Source of the DNA: Dehalococcoidia bacterium
GTDB lineage: Bacteria > Chloroflexota > Dehalococcoidia > Lucifugimonadales > UBA3495
Length of the DNA stretch: 64,000 nt
Reading direction: 5' to 3'
Assembly (NCBI GenBank): GCA_963692995.1
Contig: OY843611.1
Location: 1,126,748 to 1,190,747 of the forward strand
The stretch's first letter is position 1. Each line of letters begins with the position of its first letter. Positions 52,715 to 63,464 of this stretch are shown piece after piece. The translations under genes were made by a program, and so were the position numbers. The notes beneath the pieces are model-generated. The model searched no databases. It saw nothing but the letters and a program-made list of their open reading frames with translations, and had not been told where the DNA came from.

Positions 52715-53731
52715 CTACCACTCGGATCGAGGCGGGCGCTCCATGAGAACTGGGATGCACTCGGCTGCCGGGAGGTCCTCAAATAGCACTTGAGACATCA
52801 GCCGGGTAATGGGCATGTCCACGCCGAGCCGTTCCGACATCTCCAGCGCGGCCACCGTGGTGTTGACCCCCTCCGCCACTGCGTCCATGCCAGCCAAGAT
52901 TTCGGGAAGCCCGTGGCCCCGGGCCAGTTCCTCGCCTACGCGTCGATTGCGACTCAACGGGCTAGAGCAAGTCGCCATCACGTCCCCCAGACCCGCCAGG
53001 CCGGCAAAGGTCATCAACTCCGCGCCGGCGGCGATGCCCAGGCGCCCTATTTCGTTAAGACCACGGGTTACTAGCGCAGCCTTGGCATTATCCCCGGCTT
53101 CCAGCCCGTCCGCCAGGCCGGCCGCCAGCGCAAGGATGTTTTTCAGCGCGCCCCCAAGTTCCACGCCAATCACGTCGTCGCTGGTATAGACACGAAACGT
53201 TGGCGACATCAGGGCATCCTGGACCAACCGGCCGGATGCCTCGTCCACGGACGCCACCACCGTCAGGGCGGGCTTGCCCCCCATGATCTCGCCAGCCAGG
53301 TTAGGGCCGGACAAGGCGGCGAAACCGCCGGGATGGTGATTGGGCAATTCCTGCGCCATCACTTCATTCATCCGCAGGCCGGTGGGAAGTTCCAGCCCTT
53401 TGGTGGCGCTTAGGGTGACGGCGCCGCCGGGTATGTAGGGGGCGCTGTGCCGAAGATTGCTCCGAAATCGGTCGGACGGTACTGCGACTATTACTAACTC
53501 CGCATCGCGTAAGGCCCAAGCCGGGTCGTTTCCCACCGCAAGCCCTTGGGGAAAGGCCACGCCAGGCAGCCGACGCGAATGCTCGCCGGCGCGGCTCAGC
53601 ATCTCCGCTTCTTCCGGTGTCCGGCACAGGAGGCGCGCCTCTGCTCCGGCCCGGGCAGCCAGGATTGACAGTGTAGTTCCCCAAGTAGTCGCTCCGATGA
53701 CGGCTATTGCGGAAGAATGTTTGGATGACAT
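52715..53731 (-). CDS. gpsA: NAD(P)H-dependent glycerol-3-phosphate dehydrogenase
   Basis: IAVIGATTWGTTL, KGLE, GALKNILALAAG. Confidence 0.9.
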   Translation of the reverse strand: MSSKHSSAIAVIGATTWGTTLSILAARAGAEARLLCRTPEEAEMLSRAGEHSRRLPGVAFPQGLAVGNDPAWALRDAELVIVAVPSDRFRSNLRHSAPYIPGGAVTLSATKGLELPTGLRMNEVMAQELPNHHPGGFAALSGPNLAGEIMGGKPALTVVASVDEASGRLVQDALMSPTFRVYTSDDVIGVELGGALKNILALAAGLADGLEAGDNAKAALVTRGLNEIGRLGIAAGAELMTFAGLAGLGDVMATCSSPLSRNRRVGEELARGHGLPEILAGMDAVAEGVNTTVAALEMSERLGVDMPITRLMSQVLFEDLPAAECIPVLMERPPRSEW

Positions 53732-53818
53732 AGTGTTTCGGGTGAACTCACAATCCTAGAGGCGACGTGAGACGCCGCCTCTACCGGGTGCTTGCGATTT
53801 GCGGCAGCGGCCTCCAAC

Positions 53819-55003
53819 CTAATTGTCGGACCCCGCCTTGGTGAAGTGCGGCATCACGTCCCGGGCGAACCACTCCAATTGATCCAACGATGCCGAGGTG
53901 GGCATGCCCATGTTAGTAACGCCGATGTTGATCTCTTCCAGGCCCGGATACCGCTCCTGAATTGCCATCAGCTGCTCGGTGATCCGGTCCGCCGGCCCCA
54001 CCAGATACTGCCCGGCGGCTACGGAGTCCTCAATGGCCGGCATCTTCAGGCCCTGGGGCACTGGCCGGCCGAAGGCGTTGAGCGCGTCCAGTTGCTCCTG
54101 GGTCAAGCCCGCGATAAAGCCCAGCGGGCCAAACATTTTGATCCGCTCTTCCATCCAGTAGCGCGCCTGGTCCATGGCCTCTTTCTCCGAGTTGGCGATC
54201 TGCACGGAATAGCCCACTGCTAGGCCCTCGCCCAGCTCATATTCCTTGCCGTGCTCGGCATGGATGGCCTGCCAGCGGTGGATCACCTCGTCGCTAGCTC
54301 CGCCGGTGGCCGCGCCGCCGCCGATGATGCCCTTGATGCCCCATTTCGCCATGAAACTGATCGCCCGGTCGCTGGCCGACACCACCGGCTGCCACCACTC
54401 CACATCATACTTCGGCCGGGGCACCAGGGTAATTTCCTCCAGCTCGTACCCCCGGTACGGCACCTGAGGCGGAATGTCGAAGTGCTTGCCGTGGTGGGAA
54501 AAACTGCGCTGGTTAAACGCCTTCCACATCACTTCCACTTGCTCCTCGAAGAGCTCACGGTTGGCGTTCTGGTCCATGATGGGAGAGCCGAAAACTTCCA
54601 CCTCCCGGGTGTGGTAGCCCCGGCCCACCCCGAAACGAACCCGGCCGTCGGTAAGCCAGTCGGCGGTAGCGTAGTCTTCGGCCAGGCGCAGGGGGTTCCA
54701 CATGGGGTTTATATTGAAACCGCAGCCGAAACGCAGATTCTCCGTCAGGTGAGCCAAATGCACCCAGAGCATCAGCAGATTAGGGATGCACTCATAGCCT
54801 TCCCGCTGGAAGTGGTGCTCGGCCGCCCAGAAAGTGTCATAGCCCAGGCGGTCCATGACGATGGCGATCTGCTCAGCCTTTTCGATGGCGCCGCCGGCCA
54901 GTTCCTCGTCGGAAAGCCAGCGGTCGTTGGCGGGGGTGCCTTGGTAGCCGGGGTTGTCCATATCGACGTTGCCGGCCCAAAGGCTGCCAAACTTGGTAAT
55001 CAT
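53819..55003 (-). CDS. LLM-class (luciferase-like) flavin/F420-dependent oxidoreductase
   Basis: GYDTFWAAEHHF, RFGVGRGY. Confidence 0.8.
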   Translation of the reverse strand: MITKFGSLWAGNVDMDNPGYQGTPANDRWLSDEELAGGAIEKAEQIAIVMDRLGYDTFWAAEHHFQREGYECIPNLLMLWVHLAHLTENLRFGCGFNINPMWNPLRLAEDYATADWLTDGRVRFGVGRGYHTREVEVFGSPIMDQNANRELFEEQVEVMWKAFNQRSFSHHGKHFDIPPQVPYRGYELEEITLVPRPKYDVEWWQPVVSASDRAISFMAKWGIKGIIGGGAATGGASDEVIHRWQAIHAEHGKEYELGEGLAVGYSVQIANSEKEAMDQARYWMEERIKMFGPLGFIAGLTQEQLDALNAFGRPVPQGLKMPAIEDSVAAGQYLVGPADRITEQLMAIQERYPGLEEINIGVTNMGMPTSASLDQLEWFARDVMPHFTKAGSDN

Positions 55004-55099
55004 GTAACGGGTTCCTCCTTGTTGATCACCGCATCAAACGGTTTGGGGTTCAAGATGAACATCGCAGACATGGTAGCGGGTTTCGCGGACGATGTCAGC

Positions 55100-55711
55100 C
55101 TAGTCGTTTGCTTCACCCCTGCCTCCGCTCCCTTCCGGCGGTTCGAGCGAATCGGTAAGAGGAGCCAAGGGCAGGCCGTCGTCGCCGTGGCGGTGCAGAG
55201 CGAAACGAGCCAGCAACCGGCGGTTGGTGAGAATCTCAAATCTGTTGCCGGCGACAGTTTCGTCAATCTGATTGATATCAGCTTTCAGCCTAGCAATGTC
55301 GCCTTTCAGCTCCGCCTCGACTCTGGCAATGTCGCCTTTCAGCTCCGCCTCGACTCTGGCAATGTCGCCTTTCAGCTCCGCCTCGACTCTGGCAATGTCG
55401 CCTTTCAATTCTCCCCTCAGGTCGGCAATGTCAACTTTCAATTCTCCCCTCAGGTCGGCAATGTCAACTTTCAGCCCCGCCTCGACTCTGGCAATCTCCC
55501 CTTTGACCTCGGCAATGTCGGCCCTTAGATCGCTGTGCACTGACTTCATGCCAGTCCGTACTGCCCAAATTATCAACCCGCTGAACCCTCCCATTCCCAA
55601 AAACAGGATGATTGCCGCGGCGATTATTGTCCACTGGAAATTTAGCGCGTCGATTGTGACCACGATGAAGCCTCCCGCTCCGGCGGACTGATGGCGTATG
55701 ATCAGCAGCAA
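55100..55711 (-). CDS. Membrane-anchored coiled-coil tandem-repeat protein
   Basis: N-terminal TM (IIAAAIILFLGMGGFSGLIIW) followed by 11-aa units GDIARVEAELK / VDIADLRGELK. Confidence 0.65.
   Translation of the reverse strand: MLLIIRHQSAGAGGFIVVTIDALNFQWTIIAAAIILFLGMGGFSGLIIWAVRTGMKSVHSDLRADIAEVKGEIARVEAGLKVDIADLRGELKVDIADLRGELKGDIARVEAELKGDIARVEAELKGDIARVEAELKGDIARLKADINQIDETVAGNRFEILTNRRLLARFALHRHGDDGLPLAPLTDSLEPPEGSGGRGEAND
55280..55528. repeat. In-frame 33-bp tandem repeat (~7 units, two subtypes)
   Basis: Three identical copies of TCGCCTTTCAGCTCCGCCTCGACTCTGGCAATG plus variants. Confidence 0.9.
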
Positions 55712-55759
55712 ACGAAAACCGAGCTGCTAATCAGTCCGGCCCACTCGGCCAAATCCGGA

Positions 55760-56986
55760 TTACCTCAAATCCCGGAAGAACTCGCGCATATCAGCCACCA
55801 GCTCCGCCGGCTTCTCCAGCGCCGCAAAGTGGCCCCCGCTGTCCATCTCCGTCCACCGCTGCACATTGTAAGTGCGCTCGGCCCAGGAGCGCGGCGGCGT
55901 GGATAGTTCCTTCGGGAAAACCGCGATGGCGCAGGGCACTCCAATCTGATCCTCCGGTCTAAAGTACCAGGGCGTGCGGCTGTTTTCGTAGTAGAGGCGG
56001 GTGCTCGAGTTGATAGTCTGGGTTACCCAGTAAATCATCACGGTGGTCAGCAGGTCGTCCTTGGTGTACACGCTTTCCACGTCGCCGTTGCAGTCGCTCC
56101 AGGTGCGGTACTTTTCCACGATCCACGCGCACAAGCCGACGGGAGAGTCGTTCAGGCCATAGGCCAGGGTCTGAGGCTTGGTGCCCTGGATGTGGGCGTA
56201 GCCCCCCTCGGCGGCCTGCCAGGAGACGCGCTGGTCGATCATGGCCAGTTCCGCATCGGACAATGTGGCGGCGAAGTCCCGTCGGTAGCCGCCCTGGGGC
56301 GTGCCGATGACCTGCTCCAGCCGCTCGCGCATACTCAACCCCTCCAGGCTGGCGCCCTGATAAGGAATCGCCTGGGTAACCGAAGTAGTGTGAATGCCCA
56401 GCACGTGGTCGGCATGGTGGAACCCCAACCGCGCGGTCACGCCGGCGCCCCAGTCCCCGCCCTGGGCGGCATAGCGCTGGTAGCCAAGCTCGTCGGCCAT
56501 CAGCCGATCCCATAGCTCAGCGATCCGACGGGTGTTCACGCCCCGCTCGCGGGTCTGGGCGCTGAACCCATAACCGGGCATTGAGGGCACAACCACGTCA
56601 AAGGAGTCGGCCGCGTCACCGCCGTGACTGGCCGGATCGGTCAGCATGGGGATAATCTTGTGCATTTCATATATGCTGCCGGGCCAACCGTGGGTAACGA
56701 TGATCGGCATGGGGTCAGGCCCCTTCCCCTTCTCGTGGATGAAGTGGATACCCTGGCCATCGATGCTAGTGTAAAAGTTGGGGAAGGCGTTTAGGCCGGC
56801 TTCGGCCTTGCGCCAGTCATACCCGTCGCGCCAGTAGGTCACCAGCTCCTTGATGTAGTCCAGGTTGGAGCCATAATCCCACTCGGCGCCGGGAATCTCA
56901 TCCGGCCAGCGCACGTGAGCCAGCCGGTGCTTGAGGTCTTCGAGAATGTCATCAGATACGGCTATCGTGTAAGGCTGTACCGCCAT
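55760..56986 (-). CDS. Epoxide hydrolase (microsomal EH-like, alpha/beta hydrolase)
   Basis: IHFIHEKG, THGWPGSIYEM, GGDWGA. Confidence 0.85.
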   Translation of the reverse strand: MAVQPYTIAVSDDILEDLKHRLAHVRWPDEIPGAEWDYGSNLDYIKELVTYWRDGYDWRKAEAGLNAFPNFYTSIDGQGIHFIHEKGKGPDPMPIIVTHGWPGSIYEMHKIIPMLTDPASHGGDAADSFDVVVPSMPGYGFSAQTRERGVNTRRIAELWDRLMADELGYQRYAAQGGDWGAGVTARLGFHHADHVLGIHTTSVTQAIPYQGASLEGLSMRERLEQVIGTPQGGYRRDFAATLSDAELAMIDQRVSWQAAEGGYAHIQGTKPQTLAYGLNDSPVGLCAWIVEKYRTWSDCNGDVESVYTKDDLLTTVMIYWVTQTINSSTRLYYENSRTPWYFRPEDQIGVPCAIAVFPKELSTPPRSWAERTYNVQRWTEMDSGGHFAALEKPAELVADMREFFRDLR

Positions 56987-57171
56987 AGTAAAACCTCCCT
57001 GGCGAGTTGGTAATCAAGGTTAGCCAGCGACCCGCTCCGGCGGATGCTGGCGGAAGTTTAGCACAGGCGTGGGTAGAGTAAGCCGGCCGGCTATATTTGA
57101 CGCGCCGGGCCGGACGGGTTTGCCGGCCGGTTTTACTGATATGGTAAGATAAGAACGGAGGTAGCGAAGGG

Positions 57172-57675
57172 ATGACGCCTGATACGCGCAGCAGCTCCAT
57201 CGAGACGAGTGCGCCACTGATCGACCCTCACGGACCGAGCGACGGCAATGGTGCAACGATCGTCCATGGATCCCATAAATTCCGTTCCACATCTTCCAAA
57301 TGGTTGGACTTTGCGCTCTTCTCCATCGGCGGCGTTGCCGCTGCTGGACTAGTGGTGGTGCTCTTTGGCGCCTACTTGATCGAACCGCCTAGCTCCGGTG
57401 TAATCGTCGTCGGCACTATCGTGCTGTTGGTGGCCACAATCGCATGGATAATTACGGCCCTGGTAATGATTGGAGACATCATCTGGAAATTGATCACCTC
57501 TCGTGGTAGCAAATCGCATAGGTTACCGCCGCATGCACTTAGAACAAAAAGTCCTACTGAGATGAGGACGAGTAATCTACGAGGGAGCCTATCCAATAAG
57601 CTCTTCATTAGCGGCAGGGGATTCCCCGGGAAATCAAACATATCAGTGGTAGCTACCCTGACAAAAACCGCGTGA
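57172..57675 (+). CDS. Membrane protein of unknown function
   Basis: GGAGG RBS. Two long hydrophobic segments. Lower GC. The 3' end overlaps hemW-like by 23 nt. Confidence 0.5.
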   Translation: MTPDTRSSSIETSAPLIDPHGPSDGNGATIVHGSHKFRSTSSKWLDFALFSIGGVAAAGLVVVLFGAYLIEPPSSGVIVVGTIVLLVATIAWIITALVMIGDIIWKLITSRGSKSHRLPPHALRTKSPTEMRTSNLRGSLSNKLFISGRGFPGKSNISVVATLTKTA

Positions 57676-58879
57676 AAACCTGGTTCGCCACCAGGTACGC
57701 CTCCTCCGCCAGCCGCCGGCGTCCGTCCGCCTCCCGCACCAACAGCCCTTCTGCCGTCAGCTCGGCCAATTCCGCCTCGTAGCGAGCCGACAAGTCCATG
57801 CCAATCCGGGCCGAGGCCGCCGACAGGTCCATCCCATCCAGCAGGCGCAGGCCCAGGAACATGGTCTCCGAGGCCGTCGTAGCCTCGTCGATGACCTCCA
57901 GGCCGTCAACTGTTGCCACCGCCTCGATGCTGCCTGGCGATACCGACGCCCACGGATGGCTTGCCTTCGCCCAAGCCTCCGCCCGACGGGCGTAATCCCG
58001 AGTCGAGCGCACCGTCCAAAAACGGCATCCGGCCCGCCCGGCATCCCCGATGCGCAGCGACGAATGCGCTCCCGGCCCCACACCTAGCCATTGCAGGTTG
58101 CGCCAGTAGGCCAAGTTGTGCTCCGACTCTCGGCCCTCCCGCGACCAATTGCTGATTTCGTAGTGACGATAGCCGGCGTCGGCCAGGGCGGCGCGGGCGT
58201 GGTCGTACATATCCGCGGCAAGATCCGGGTCGGGTTCCGGCAGCCGTCCCTGCTCCACCCAGCGGCGCAGAGGCGTACCCTCCTCCAGCGTCAAAGCGTA
58301 GAGCGACAGGTGTTCCGGCGCCAACTCAATGACCTGTGCCACCGTATCCCGCCACTGGTCCATGTCCTGCTGCGGGAGACCGTACATCAGGTCCAGGTTC
58401 ACGTTGTCAAAGCCCACCTGGCGGCAGCGCGTCAGCGCCTCCCTAGCCTCGGCGGCGTCGTGCCGGCGCCCCAGCGCCGCGAGGAGCCGGTTGTCCATGC
58501 TCTGCACACCGATGCTAACCCGGTTGATGCCGGCTGCTCTCAGGTCCGCGCACCGGGCGGCGGTCAGATCATTGGGGTTGCACTCGGCGGTAATCTCAGC
58601 GTCGGCCCGAACGGAATAGTTGCCGGCGATTGCGTCCAGAATGCTGGCCACGTCGCCGTCAGGCAGGTAAGACGGAGTGCCGCCGCCGAAGAAAACGGTG
58701 TTGACATCCGGCCGGCCCAAGGCAATGGACCAGGCCCTAATTTCCTGGCTGACCGCGGTTACGAAGTCGCCAAACTGGGACTCGATCCCCTGATAAGTGT
58801 TGAAGTCGCAGTATGGACACTTGCTGAGGCAGAAGGGAACGTGAACGTACAGCGAGATGCCGTGTGCGGAATCGTACAT
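57653..58879 (-). CDS. hemW: Radical-SAM HemW/HemN-like protein
   Basis: LYVHVPFCLSKCPYCDFN, GGGTPS. Confidence 0.85.
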   Translation of the reverse strand: MYDSAHGISLYVHVPFCLSKCPYCDFNTYQGIESQFGDFVTAVSQEIRAWSIALGRPDVNTVFFGGGTPSYLPDGDVASILDAIAGNYSVRADAEITAECNPNDLTAARCADLRAAGINRVSIGVQSMDNRLLAALGRRHDAAEAREALTRCRQVGFDNVNLDLMYGLPQQDMDQWRDTVAQVIELAPEHLSLYALTLEEGTPLRRWVEQGRLPEPDPDLAADMYDHARAALADAGYRHYEISNWSREGRESEHNLAYWRNLQWLGVGPGAHSSLRIGDAGRAGCRFWTVRSTRDYARRAEAWAKASHPWASVSPGSIEAVATVDGLEVIDEATTASETMFLGLRLLDGMDLSAASARIGMDLSARYEAELAELTAEGLLVREADGRRRLAEEAYLVANQVFTRFLSG

Positions 58880-58895
58880 GACTGCGCCTCTGGGT

Positions 58896-58920
58896 AGGGG
58901 CGGGTTTCAAACCCGCCCCT
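58896..58920. repeat. REP-like palindrome AGGGGCGGGTTTCAAACCCGCCCCT
   Basis: Perfect palindrome. A related copy lies at 61652-61674. Other GC-rich hairpins are at 58945-59025 and 59597-59622. Confidence 0.8.
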
Positions 58921-59037
58921 CTCGTCATTCCTGCTTGCCAATTCCGTCATTCCCGCGCCAGAACAGCCCGTCCCGGGCCTGACACGGGGCCGCCTCGTAT
59001 CAAGTGCGGGGCGGGAATCCGGAAAACTTTCCGTCAA

Positions 59038-59424
59038 TCAACCGCCGGGCCTGTCGTCCCCGTCATCGGTGGGTCTGGACTGCCCGTCCACCACGCTGTC
59101 CGGGTCCCGGTCTTCAGGACGCGGCGGCGGCGGCTCGCCCATGTGCTCCCGAACTACGGCGCGCGGGCACAAGTTCCAGAACAACCACACCGCCAGCCCG
59201 AGAATGATGATATCGTCGTAGCGTCCCAGGCCGTAGGGAATCCGGTCCCGCACCAGGTCAACGGGGAAAATCGCGTACACCACCGCCAGCGGCACCAGCG
59301 ACTTGAGCAGCAGGTTGACCCGCGAGTCCCGGTGCAACCGATACAACGCCCGCACGAACTTGATGATCCGCGGCGCCAACTGCGGCCCAAACATCAGCAG
59401 GATTGGCCAAAGAAAACGAAGCAT
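59038..59424 (-). CDS. YkvA/DUF1232 family membrane protein
   Basis: VDLVRDRIPYGLGRYDDIIILGLAVWLF. Confidence 0.7.
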   Translation of the reverse strand: MLRFLWPILLMFGPQLAPRIIKFVRALYRLHRDSRVNLLLKSLVPLAVVYAIFPVDLVRDRIPYGLGRYDDIIILGLAVWLFWNLCPRAVVREHMGEPPPPRPEDRDPDSVVDGQSRPTDDGDDRPGG

Positions 59425-59693
59425 AACAATGCCACTTTACCATAGGATGCGATGGTTTGGCGCGGTGGCAAACGACCCTCCGGAACAATTGCGCTTGAAA
59501 TCGCCTACCCGTCATTCCGGCGAGGTTCGGAATCCAGGGCCTGTTCCCAAACCGGAAATCGCACCGTTGTTCCTGCGCAAGCCGGAACCCGGAAGGCAGG
59601 GGCGAATAACCGTTCGCCCCTGCAAAAAACGCTCGGATTGCGCAGTACTGCCCTACCCAACGCTGGACGGGCGCGCCACCTTCTAAACCCCGC

Positions 59694-61661
<1,968 letters not shown>

Positions 61662-61682
61662 TCAAACCCGCCCCGGCCCGCA

Positions 61683-63182
61683 TCAGTCATCGCCGGCCGC
61701 CGGCTCGTCAATCAATTGGACGTCGTTGTTTAGAATGGCGAAGTCGTACTGGCTCTGTGGCGCCACCAGTCGCTGACCCCACACGACTGCCGTAGAAATC
61801 ACCGACGACACCACCAGCGCCGAGGCAAAGGCAAAGAACATCTGCCCGCCCACCGGTGCGGTAAGCGCCCAGGGCGACAGCAGATCGGGCTTGGGGTAGA
61901 ACAGCGCTCCGATGACGATGCCCGCGCCGCCGGCCAGCAGCACGGCCCAGCCGGGCATACGCCGGGAGTACAGCCCCACCAGCATCGGCGCTGCGATGGC
62001 AGCTCCCAGCAGGTCGGCGATCAGGAACACGTAGAGCACGCTGTGCCCTTGCGACGCTACTATAATCGCCGGTATCGCCACCACCACCGTCACCACCCGG
62101 GCCAGGCCCATCAGTCTTCCCCGCTCCAGCCCTATCCCCGCCAGGTCGGCGGCCATCCCACTCGCCAGGCCATTCATCAGCGTGTCCAGCGTGCTCATGG
62201 CCAGCATCAGGGCGCAGATGAGCATCAGAAAATGCATCCACAACGGAAACACATCGGAGGCCAGGGAGAAGAGCGCCGCCGCCACCGCCGGATACTCAAA
62301 TGGGCCAACGGATCCGTTGCCCACCGCCGCAATGCCGGCCATTCCCATCAAAAAGGTTATGGGGATGGCCAGCGCCGCCGCGCCCCACAGGCTGCGGTTC
62401 AGCGACCGCTGGTTCTCCACCGTGTACACCCGCTGCCACATCCCGGGATGAAATGCGTTGGACGCCACGATGCCGATGATCAGCACGACGGCGAAGTAGT
62501 AACTGCCCGCCGAACTTACCGACAGCAGACCCGCCTCCTTCGCCGCGCCCCACGCTCCGGAACCCCCCACAAACCAGGCCGCCACCACCACCAGCAGCAG
62601 CAGCGCGGGTATTAGCACCCAGAACTGGATCCGGTCGGTGTAGATGGACACCCGCAGGCCCCCGTAGGCGGTGTACGCGATAACCACAATGCCCACCGCA
62701 ACGGCAGTCGCCCACGCCGGCGAACCCGTCAGTATGCTCACCGCCGCCGTGATCGCCGTCATCTCCGCCGTGATGAATATGCCAATCACGAAAATGATCA
62801 CCACAAAGATCGACACGAATGGAACCATACCAAAACGGTGCCGCACGTACTCGGTAATGGAGTGGCCGTTAGGCATCAGCTGCCGGATCCGCGGCCCCAC
62901 GAACATGAACATCACCGGAATCCCGGCCATGCCCAGGGCGTAACCGACCAGCGAGATTATGCCGAAGTTGGCTCCCGATTCTCCGGGACTCAACAGCACC
63001 CAGGTGCCGAACATCGAGGCGACCAGCGTCGCCACCCCAACGTTGACCGGGGCATGGTTGCGGGAAATAGTGTAGTCCTCAACGCTCTGGCGTCGCCGAC
63101 GCCAGGCGTAGGTCAAGCCTAAAACCAGGAACACGGCGCAGGCGATTACCAGTGTAACGATGCCCAGCGTGGTATCCAGCAT
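61683..63182 (-). CDS. Sodium:solute symporter (SSS) family transporter, riboswitch-controlled (ThiV-like candidate)
   Basis: About 12-13 TM segments. ATG 63182 preceded by GGGAGG. Lies directly downstream of the TPP riboswitch and upstream of thiC. Confidence 0.8.
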   Translation of the reverse strand: MLDTTLGIVTLVIACAVFLVLGLTYAWRRRRQSVEDYTISRNHAPVNVGVATLVASMFGTWVLLSPGESGANFGIISLVGYALGMAGIPVMFMFVGPRIRQLMPNGHSITEYVRHRFGMVPFVSIFVVIIFVIGIFITAEMTAITAAVSILTGSPAWATAVAVGIVVIAYTAYGGLRVSIYTDRIQFWVLIPALLLLVVVAAWFVGGSGAWGAAKEAGLLSVSSAGSYYFAVVLIIGIVASNAFHPGMWQRVYTVENQRSLNRSLWGAAALAIPITFLMGMAGIAAVGNGSVGPFEYPAVAAALFSLASDVFPLWMHFLMLICALMLAMSTLDTLMNGLASGMAADLAGIGLERGRLMGLARVVTVVVAIPAIIVASQGHSVLYVFLIADLLGAAIAAPMLVGLYSRRMPGWAVLLAGGAGIVIGALFYPKPDLLSPWALTAPVGGQMFFAFASALVVSSVISTAVVWGQRLVAPQSQYDFAILNNDVQLIDEPAAGDD

Positions 63183-63240
63183 TATGTAGCCTCCCAGCCG
63201 CTCTGGGCCGGCCTTTGGCCCAAAGCAGCAGTTGGGCAGC

Positions 63241-63272
63241 AAAAAGCCGCCAGGTTTTCCAACTCTGGCGGC
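63241..63272 (-). terminator. Riboswitch expression-platform terminator
   Basis: Minus strand reads GCCGCCAG-AGTTGGAAAAC-CTGGCGGC followed by TTTTT. Confidence 0.6.
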
Positions 63273-63282
63273 TAACAAATCA

Positions 63283-63385
63283 GTTCCTGAATTCCTACGC
63301 CGGCATTACCCGGATCAGGTGCTACGGTCGGCGGCTGTTACGGCCACCCTCTCAGCCTGGCATAACCAAGCTCCCGCCAGAATGC
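63283..63385 (-). promoter_or_regulatory. TPP (THI-box) riboswitch aptamer
   Basis: Minus strand reads GGCGGGAGC...CCAGGCTGAGAGGGTGGCC...GACCGTAGCACCTGATCCGGGTAATGCCGGCGTAGGAA. Conserved CUGAGA and ACCUGAUCNGGNUAAUGCCNGCG elements are present. Confidence 0.85.
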
Positions 63386-63402
63386 TATTCGATTGTGGCC
63401 CA

Positions 63403-63431
63403 AGAATACCACCGACCTGGGATGCCGTCAA
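63403..63431 (-). promoter_or_regulatory. Candidate sigma70-like promoter for the riboswitch operon
   Basis: Minus strand has TTGACG (63431-63426), a 17-nt spacer and TATTCT (63408-63403). Confidence 0.4.
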
Positions 63432-63464
63432 GCAAACCGGAGCGTGTCCCCCGCCCGCAGCAGC

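Noticed and set aside
54251-55528. 425-aa plus-strand ORF
   Set aside because: Antisense to both the LLM oxidoreductase and the repeat protein. Its repeated peptide units are mirror images of the true minus-strand repeats.
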